This document shows positions 56,545 through 64,000 of a stretch of DNA of 64,000 nt, piece by piece. The DNA comes from an uncultured Moraxellaceae bacterium (lineage in GTDB: Bacteria > Pseudomonadota > Gammaproteobacteria > Pseudomonadales > Ketobacteraceae): assembly GCA_964491665.1 (NCBI GenBank), contig CAZBII010000005.1, positions 2,071 to 66,070 of the forward strand, read 5' to 3'. The notes below the pieces were generated by a model, which was not told the DNA's origin, searched no databases, and worked only from the letters and a program-made list of their open reading frames with translations. The position numbers and the translations under genes were made by a program. Within the stretch, counting starts at the first letter, position 1; each line of letters opens with the position of its first letter.

Positions 56545-59202
56545 ATGGCGAAGAAAAAAGCGCCCGCCCCGGAAGTCGCCCAACCGGCCGAGGGGAGCAA
56601 GTCCGCCCCCGAAGCCAGTGAAGCGCCCACCATCAAGTCCGGCCTGCTGCCGATCATGTTGCCGGCGCTGGCCGGATCAGTGGCTGTGGTGATTCTCGCC
56701 GGCGTGCTGCTGTTCCTGCTGGTGCTGCAGAGCGGCAGCCAGCGCCAGATGGCGATTCTGGGCACCAGTGGCGCCCAGCAGTTTCTGGGACATCTGGAGC
56801 AGCAGGCCCGCACTTTCGACGCGCTGGTGGGTGCGCTGGCCAGTGATCCGGCCGGCGTGGCGGTGCTGCAGGAAGGCATGCCCGAAACCATCGAGGCCCG
56901 TGCGCTGGCCCTGAAACAGCTGCTGCCGGCGGCCACCAACGTCAAACTGTTCCTGCGCGGCTCCGCCAAGAAGGACGTCCAGACCAATCCCCCCATCAGC
57001 TTTGCCCAGCTCGACATGATCGCCCGCGCGGAAAAAGACGATACTGCCCTGCCGGAAATCCACCTGCACGGCGACCAGAAATTCCTGACGGTGGTGAAGG
57101 CGGTGAAGGCGCCGGGGCGGACCCTGGGCACGCTGTTGGTGAGTTTCGACTTTGCCCAGATCCAGCCTTTGATGCCGGCGCTGGACGCCAAGCTGGGTTT
57201 TGTGGAAATCATCCAGACCTTCTCCGGCAAACCGGCGGTGATTCTGGCCAGCGGCGACAGCGCACTCAAGCAGGGTGAAGGGTATCTGGCCTCCGGCAGC
57301 ATTCCCCATTTCAGCGCCCGCTATTACCCGGCACCGGCAGCCGACGCGCTGGGCGCCAGTGGCGGACTGTTCTGGGCGGTCATCGGTGTGGCGGCGGCGC
57401 TGGCGGCGGGTCTGGGCGGGCTGAGTTACGTTCTGCTGAACAAGGCCCTGCAGGCCAACGCCACCACCCTGGCGGCCTCGTTCCAGGCTCTGGTTTCCCG
57501 CGACAAGCCGGTGCGTACCTTCAGCCTGGGCATCTTTGCCTCGCTGGCGCAAACCGTCGAGCGCCTGTTCGTCGATTACGACACCAAGGTGCGTCATTCC
57601 GCGCAGAAAGCCCAGCAGGCCGCTGCCGGCAAGCCGGCATTGCCCGATTTCGAGCCGGCCGCCCGCACCAAGCTCGATGATCTGGATCTGGACATTCACG
57701 ACGACGACAGCGACCTGCTGAGTACGGCGGCGGAGATGGATGACAATCCGCTGCTGATGGAAGACGACCCGGATGCCATGGATCTGGACAATGTGGACAT
57801 GGCCGCGCCGCAGACCGTGCGCGTCGACGTGAAGATTTCCCCGCAGATTTTCCGCGCCTATGACATTCGCGGCGTGGTGGGCGACACCCTCGACCAGGAC
57901 GTGGCCCATGCCATCGGCATGGCCGTGGGCAGCGAGGCCCGCGACAAGGGTCAGGCCACGGTCATCGTGGCCCGCGACGGCCGCCATTCCAGCCAGGATC
58001 TGCTGTCGGCGCTGGCAGACGGCATCATGGCCAGCGGCGTGAACGTCATCGACATCGGCATGGTGCCCACGCCGGTTCTGTATTACGCCACCAAGACCCT
58101 GCTCACCCGCAGCGGCGTCATGGTCACCGGCAGCCACAATCCGCCGGAGTACAACGGCTTCAAGATCGTCATCAACGATGAAACCCTGGCGCTGGACCGC
58201 ATCCAGGCGCTGAAAAAGCGCATCGATGAAGGCCGTCTGCACAAGGGGCGCGGCATGTTCGAGCGGCAGGACATCAGCGCCGACTACATCGCCCGCATCA
58301 ACAACGACGTGGTGCTGGCCAAGCCCATGCGCATCGTGGTGGACTGCGGCAGCGGCGTGGCCGGGCCGGTGGGCATCAAGCTGCTGGATGGTCTGGGCTG
58401 CACCGTGACACCGCTGTACGCGGAAGTCGACGGCAGCTTCCCCCATCATCACCCGGACCCCAGCGACCCGCACAATCTGGAAGACCTGATCGACACCGTG
58501 CAGCGCGTGGGTGCCGATCTGGGCATTGCCTTCGACGGCGACGGCGACCGCATCGGCGTGGTGACACCCTCCGGCAAGATCATCTGGCCTGACCGCCTGC
58601 TGATGCTGTGCGCGAAAGATCTGCTGTCGCGCAACCCTGGCGCCGACATCCTCTACGACGTGAAATGCACCCGCGACGTGGCGGAACTGGTCAGCAGCCT
58701 GGGCGGCCGCGCCATCATGTGCGCCACCGGCCATTCCCTGATGAAAGCCAAAATGAAGGAAACCGGCGCCGTGGTGGGTGGCGAGCTGTCCGGCCATGTG
58801 TTCTTCAATGACCGCTGGTACGGCTTTGACGACGCCCTCTACACGGCGGCCCGGGTGCTGGAAATCCTGTCCATGGAGCCGTTTGGCGCCGATGAGGTAT
58901 TCGCCGAGTTCCCCGAAAAGGTCAGCACGCCGGAACTGCACATCAAGGTGGCGGAAAACGCCAAGTTCGGCATCGTGAAGAAGCTCGAGGAACAGGGCAA
59001 ATTCCCGGGGGGCAATCTGGTCAAGATCGACGGACTCAGGGTAGACTTCCCCGACAGCTGGGGTCTGGTGCGGGCATCCAATACCACCCCGGTGCTGGTC
59101 GCCCGCTTTGAAGCCGACACGGACGCGGCGCTGGAACAGGTGAAGACTGTTTTCCGGGATCAGCTGAAGGCCGTGGAACCCGGTCTGAACATTCCGTTTT
59201 AA
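56545..59202 (+). CDS. algC: Phosphomannomutase/phosphoglucomutase with ~418 aa membrane-anchored N-terminal extension
   Basis: The C-terminal ~467 aa carry IFRAYDIRG, the active-site TGSHNPPEYNG, FDGDGDRIG and GELSGH. The N-terminal part has two hydrophobic segments flanking ~230 aa, then an acidic linker. An in-frame ATG at 57799 would give a canonical-size enzyme. Confidence 0.85.
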   Translation: MAKKKAPAPEVAQPAEGSKSAPEASEAPTIKSGLLPIMLPALAGSVAVVILAGVLLFLLVLQSGSQRQMAILGTSGAQQFLGHLEQQARTFDALVGALASDPAGVAVLQEGMPETIEARALALKQLLPAATNVKLFLRGSAKKDVQTNPPISFAQLDMIARAEKDDTALPEIHLHGDQKFLTVVKAVKAPGRTLGTLLVSFDFAQIQPLMPALDAKLGFVEIIQTFSGKPAVILASGDSALKQGEGYLASGSIPHFSARYYPAPAADALGASGGLFWAVIGVAAALAAGLGGLSYVLLNKALQANATTLAASFQALVSRDKPVRTFSLGIFASLAQTVERLFVDYDTKVRHSAQKAQQAAAGKPALPDFEPAARTKLDDLDLDIHDDDSDLLSTAAEMDDNPLLMEDDPDAMDLDNVDMAAPQTVRVDVKISPQIFRAYDIRGVVGDTLDQDVAHAIGMAVGSEARDKGQATVIVARDGRHSSQDLLSALADGIMASGVNVIDIGMVPTPVLYYATKTLLTRSGVMVTGSHNPPEYNGFKIVINDETLALDRIQALKKRIDEGRLHKGRGMFERQDISADYIARINNDVVLAKPMRIVVDCGSGVAGPVGIKLLDGLGCTVTPLYAEVDGSFPHHHPDPSDPHNLEDLIDTVQRVGADLGIAFDGDGDRIGVVTPSGKIIWPDRLLMLCAKDLLSRNPGADILYDVKCTRDVAELVSSLGGRAIMCATGHSLMKAKMKETGAVVGGELSGHVFFNDRWYGFDDALYTAARVLEILSMEPFGADEVFAEFPEKVSTPELHIKVAENAKFGIVKKLEEQGKFPGGNLVKIDGLRVDFPDSWGLVRASNTTPVLVARFEADTDAALEQVKTVFRDQLKAVEPGLNIPF

Positions 59203-59242
59203 ACCCGCTCCATTCCAACGTTTAGAAACCGACGCATTTTAG

Positions 59243-60178
<936 letters not shown>

Positions 60179-60208
60179 CGACGAGCCGCCAACCAAGAGC
60201 ACGCAACG

Positions 60209-60808
60209 ATGGCCACCAGCGAGCGCAAGGCATCCCGCAAGGAACAGATCCTCCAGGCACTGGCCCACATGCTGGAAGCCACGCCGGGCGGACGCATTAC
60301 CACCGCGGCGCTGGCCAGGGAAGTGGGTGTGTCGGAGGCGGCGCTGTACCGGCATTTTCCCAGCAAGGCGAAGATGTTTGAGGGGCTGATCGAGTTCGTC
60401 GAGCAGTCCCTGTTCTCGCGCATCACCCTCATTCTCAAGGAAGAGCCTGACGCGCTGACCCAGTGCAGCCAGATCCTGCATCTGCTGCTGGTGTTTACCG
60501 AGAAGAATCCGGGCATCACCCGCATCCTCACCGGCGATGCCATTACCGGCGAATCGGATCGTCTGCGCCAGCGGGTGATCCAGCTGTACGATCGCATCGA
60601 GACGCAGCTCAAGCAGATTTTGCGGGAAGCGGAAGCGAAGGATGGGCAGCGCACGCGGCTGTCGGCGGCACAGAGCGCGAACCTGATGCTGGCGGCGGCG
60701 GAAGGCAGGATCTGCCAGTTTGTGCGGTCGGGGTTTCAGCGGGTGCCGACGAGCGGCTGGGATGATCAGTGGCTGCTGTTGGGGGACGGCCTGTTCCGGC
60801 GTGACTGA
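60209..60808 (+). CDS. slmA: Nucleoid occlusion factor SlmA (TetR fold)
   Basis: [54 protein letters not shown], plus conserved linkage with the coaBC region. Confidence 0.75.
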   Translation: MATSERKASRKEQILQALAHMLEATPGGRITTAALAREVGVSEAALYRHFPSKAKMFEGLIEFVEQSLFSRITLILKEEPDALTQCSQILHLLLVFTEKNPGITRILTGDAITGESDRLRQRVIQLYDRIETQLKQILREAEAKDGQRTRLSAAQSANLMLAAAEGRICQFVRSGFQRVPTSGWDDQWLLLGDGLFRRD

Positions 60809-60826
60809 AGGGCGCGTGTGGCGGGC

Positions 60827-61474
60827 TCAGCGGGTTCCGCCACCCACCTGTCGCTGTGAATTCTCCGCTGCTTTCACGCGTATATTCTCCAGCTCCCGCA
60901 GCCGTTCGATGTCCTTGGCATATTCCGCCCGGATCACATCCTTTTCCTTTTCCTTTTCGCGAATCGATTCCTCGGCCTGATCCATCTGGCGCTGCAGGCT
61001 GTCGATCTTTTCCACCTGGAAATCCAGCACCGGCTGGCCGGCCCGCTCGCGCTCAGCAGCCTGGGCCTGGGTGGCGTTGAAGTCCTCGCGCATCTTCAGG
61101 ATGTTGCCGCGGGTGACGTTGATATACACGTCGATGGCTTCGATCTTGCGATCGCGGGCACGTTCGGCGTCAGCAGGACCGCTGAAAATGGACAGCAGTT
61201 TCTTGTCCTGCTCGGCCTGGCGGGCGGCGTCCAGGCGTTTCCTTTCCTCGATGCCCTTGGCTTCCAGTTCCTTGGCGGTCAGTGCCCGTGGCACGGTTTC
61301 GATTACGCGGCCCTGGGCGTTCAGCACCTCGTAGCCCTTGTAGACCAGTTCGGGCGGCACCGAATAGTCGATGACCTTGATGCCCTGCTCGTTTTCATAA
61401 CGGTACAGGCGGGGCGCTGCCATCGCATCGCTCCACACCAGTACCATCATCAGTAATCCCAACAGTGCTTTCAT
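60827..61474 (-). CDS. DUF4124-like secreted protein with charged coiled-coil C-terminal half
   Basis: The signal peptide is followed by LYRYENEQGIKVIDYSVPPE, which is DUF4124-like. A long E/K/R-rich helical region follows. Confidence 0.5.
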   Translation of the reverse strand: MKALLGLLMMVLVWSDAMAAPRLYRYENEQGIKVIDYSVPPELVYKGYEVLNAQGRVIETVPRALTAKELEAKGIEERKRLDAARQAEQDKKLLSIFSGPADAERARDRKIEAIDVYINVTRGNILKMREDFNATQAQAAERERAGQPVLDFQVEKIDSLQRQMDQAEESIREKEKEKDVIRAEYAKDIERLRELENIRVKAAENSQRQVGGGTR

Positions 61475-61528
61475 CTTGCCGAATGTCCCCTCTCAGGGCT
61501 TTGTTGTATCATCGCGCCGCCCGCATTG

Positions 61529-62320
61529 ATGACCGGAATTGCCTTGGACCTGTCCCAGCAGCTGCTTTTGCTCACTGCATCCCTGATTGCGAACACCCTT
61601 TCCGCGCTGGCCGGCGGCGGTGCCGGTCTGCTGCAGCTGCCGCTCCTGCTGTTTCTGGGGCTGGGGTTTGCCAGCGCCCTGGTCACCCACAAGATCGCCA
61701 GCGTGGCGCTGGGGGTGGGAGCCACCGTGCGTCATCTGCGCGGCAACAGTCTCAACCGTTTGTTTGCACTCTTCATATTAGCCTGCGGCCTGCCGGGTGT
61801 CGTGACCGGGGCCATGATCATACTCAAATTTGACGATCATTTCTCGAAGCTGGCTCTGGGGGTTCTGACACTGGGGATCGGCATCTATTCCATCCGCAGG
61901 AAAGAACTGGGCCAGCAGATGGCGCCGCGCAACCGGGACCGGCGTGGCTATCTGGTGGGTGGGCTGTTCCTGTTTGCCATCGGCGTGCTCAACGGCAGCC
62001 TGACCTCGGGCACCGGCCTGCTGGTAACCCTGTGGCTGGTGCGCTGGTTCGGGCTGGATTACAAGACGGCGGTGGCCTACACCCTGGTGCTGGTGGGCCT
62101 GTTCTGGAACGGCTTTGGCGCCGTCACCCTGGCGTTCCAGGCGCCGGTGCGCTGGGACTGGCTGCCGGCCCTGCTGGCAGGATCGCTGGTCGGAGGCTAT
62201 CTGGGCGCGCACCTGTCCATCATCAAGGGCAACCAGTGGGTGAAGCGCAGTTTCGAGACATTGACCCTGATTGTCGGCGTGAAACTGGTCTGGGACGGTG
62301 TGCTGCCGCTGCTGGCCTGA
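61529..62320 (+). CDS. TauE/SafE (TSUP) family membrane transporter
   Basis: Polytopic membrane protein containing GGGAGLLQLPLLLFLG. The listed start 61526 is TTG; an ATG follows at 61529. Confidence 0.7.
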   Translation: MTGIALDLSQQLLLLTASLIANTLSALAGGGAGLLQLPLLLFLGLGFASALVTHKIASVALGVGATVRHLRGNSLNRLFALFILACGLPGVVTGAMIILKFDDHFSKLALGVLTLGIGIYSIRRKELGQQMAPRNRDRRGYLVGGLFLFAIGVLNGSLTSGTGLLVTLWLVRWFGLDYKTAVAYTLVLVGLFWNGFGAVTLAFQAPVRWDWLPALLAGSLVGGYLGAHLSIIKGNQWVKRSFETLTLIVGVKLVWDGVLPLLA

Positions 62321-62490
62321 CAACCCGTTGATTTCCTCACTGTTTCACTTCCTGTCGAAACCAAGTTTGCTTTTTTTCCACCGCCCGGCCGAACAGGGCT
62401 GCGGATTGCACGCGGCCGGACTATATTGTCAGAACGCGCCTGACTCCGCGGGGTGCTCGCAACTGCGGGGACAACAGAGGAATAACAACG

Positions 62491-62871
62491 ATGACAGATG
62501 CCTCTATCAAGATTCTGTGCGTGGATGACGACCTCGGCTTCCGCCGCTATCTGCGTCACGCCCTCGATGCCCGTTTCCAGATCCGCTTCCTGTCGCTCGG
62601 TTTTGAATGCCTGACCCGCCTGAAGGACGATCGTTTCGATCTGGTGCTGGTGGATGCCACGTTGCCGGACATGCCGTCGGACCAGCTGGTGGACAACCTG
62701 AAAGCCATGCCGGCCCTGCAGCAGACGCCGGTGCTGATCGTGTCGTACAAGGATTCGGAAGCCGAGCGCAAGCGCTTCGCCCGCTGCCAGTGCGACGGCT
62801 TCCTGGGCAAGGTGCTGAGCCCGGCGCAGATTTCCGAACGGCTGGGGAAAGCGCTGTACCGGGCCGCCTGA
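62491..62871 (+). CDS. Single-domain response regulator
   Basis: AGAGGAA lies upstream of the ATG. KILCVDDD, DLVLVDATLPDM, LIVSY and FLGKV give a receiver signature. Confidence 0.75.
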   Translation: MTDASIKILCVDDDLGFRRYLRHALDARFQIRFLSLGFECLTRLKDDRFDLVLVDATLPDMPSDQLVDNLKAMPALQQTPVLIVSYKDSEAERKRFARCQCDGFLGKVLSPAQISERLGKALYRAA

Positions 62872-62924
62872 AACCGGCCTGCGGCCGGCTTCCTGTCTTT
62901 GCGATCAAATGGTGGTGTCACGCG

Positions 62925-64000
62925 TCAATCGGTTCGCGCCGGTTGCGCCAGCTGCATCCGCCGCGTCAGATACATCACCACCGACAGCGCCGCGAACACG
63001 CCGGCCGAGCCGTACAGCAGGGCAAAATCCTGCTCCTGCAACAGCGATCCCAGATAACCCAGCAATCCCGCCAGCACCAGTGCCATGCCGCCGGCCCGCC
63101 GCCAGGACTGCAGCACGCTGCGGGCATACAGGCCGATCTGCATCACCACCGCCGCGCTGGCAATGCCATACGCCGCCACAAAACCGATGTGTTCCGACAG
63201 CGACAGCAGCAACAGGTAGAACACGCACAGTGCGGCGCCGGTGAGCAGGTATTGCAGCGGATGCACGGCAATGCCGGTGAGCCACTGGAACAGCCAGAAG
63301 AAGCCGAAGATCGCCAGCAGGAACAGCAGCTGGTATTTGGTGGCGCGCTGGTTCTTGCGGTAGGCGTCCATTTCCGGCTGCAGCTTGACGCCCACCCAGC
63401 GGGTTTCCTCCAGTCGCAGATCCGCCTGGGCATTTGCCCACTGCAGCGGCAGACCCTTGGCCAGAAATGGAATCTCCCACCGCGCGGCAAAACCGTTGGC
63501 GTCGATGTCGCGGGTGGCGGGCAGCCATTCGCCCTGGAAATTCGGCGCTGGCCAGCGTCCGCTGATATCCAGTGTCGAGCGTTTGCCGGACGGCGTGAGG
63601 AACAGCTGGTTGCTGCCGTTGACGGCGAAATGCAGGTTCAGTGTTGGTGGTGCGCTGCCATCCAGTTTGACCGGAAAATGGAAGCCGCTGCTGGTGCCGG
63701 TGGTGCCCGGCTGCACGTCGAGAGTCTGCCCGTTCCACTGCCCGTCCACCGTGCCGGTGAGTGCCTTGATGTCGCTCACGTGCAGTGCCACGCGCGCTTC
63801 CTGCCACAGCATCTGTTCCGGCGTCAGATGCAGCGCAGCCAGATCCGGCGCGGCGAAGCTGGCCTGCATGTTGATGCCGGCGCGATACAGCGGAATCTGG
63901 TACAGGCCGCGATAGCGCACGTCCGGTTCCGCCACGGCGTTGACCTGCAGGTCGGCCGGCAGGAACACTGCATATTCACGCACGCTTTCTGCCGGCAGCA
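62925..64000 (-). CDS. creD: Inner-membrane protein CreD (5' end beyond the window)
   Basis: RATKYQLLFLLAIFGFFWLFQWLTGIAVHPLQYLLTGAALCVFYLLLLSLSEHIGF closely parallels E. coli CreD as recalled. The frame stays open from 63983 to the window end. Confidence 0.75.
   Translation of the reverse strand, partial: LPAESVREYAVFLPADLQVNAVAEPDVRYRGLYQIPLYRAGINMQASFAAPDLAALHLTPEQMLWQEARVALHVSDIKALTGTVDGQWNGQTLDVQPGTTGTSSGFHFPVKLDGSAPPTLNLHFAVNGSNQLFLTPSGKRSTLDISGRWPAPNFQGEWLPATRDIDANGFAARWEIPFLAKGLPLQWANAQADLRLEETRWVGVKLQPEMDAYRKNQRATKYQLLFLLAIFGFFWLFQWLTGIAVHPLQYLLTGAALCVFYLLLLSLSEHIGFVAAYGIASAAVVMQIGLYARSVLQSWRRAGGMALVLAGLLGYLGSLLQEQDFALLYGSAGVFAALSVVMYLTRRMQLAQPARTD

Overview
This is a visibly GC-rich chromosomal segment with strong G/C preference at third codon positions. 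Its conserved blocks resemble Pseudomonas/Oceanospirillales-type gammaproteobacterial genomes: thrB-DUF2782, oxyR-recG, coaD-ferredoxin-ggt, mutM, and rpmBG-radC-coaBC-algC-argB-slmA. The taxon cannot be fixed from this window. I support about 60 protein genes, including rpmG, which is missing from the ORF track. I recognised no rRNA, tRNA, CRISPR array, transposase, integrase, phage gene or classical defence gene. All family names come from motifs read by eye in the translations, and no database search was possible. Many long ORFs in the track are mirror-frame artefacts of GC-rich genes, and many listed starts are upstream extensions; I re-picked starts using ATG plus Shine-Dalgarno context. 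Housekeeping blocks are interrupted by several accessory or poorly understood modules. (1) Nt 1-9268 hold a five-gene circularly permuted ATP-grasp / alpha-E / transglutaminase-fold operon, present as one fused and one split paralogous set. (2) Three DUF2236/MpaB-type oxygenase genes lie within 12 kb; two sit in a mirror-symmetric TetR-flanked cluster with a cytoplasmic molybdopterin oxidoreductase and an orphan type II thioesterase. (3) An ECF-sigma/DUF3619/DUF3106/outer-membrane-barrel operon is present. (4) A translationally coupled operon encodes an outer-membrane barrel, a half-size periplasmic binding protein and a diguanylate cyclase, followed by response regulator, ATP-grasp, LpxL and Nudix genes. 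(5) A degenerate 21-bp tandem array of about 12-14 units sits next to a compositionally foreign blc islet and a truncated DUF4260-like remnant. (6) One protein fuses a zinc ribbon, a TM2 domain and a type IV pilin head but has no prepilin leader. (7) A recurrent CTGCTAG(A/T)CTT extended -10-like motif and a perfect CTGT-N8-ACAG palindrome occur near a small membrane-protein ORF. None of these is proven novel from the sequence alone.
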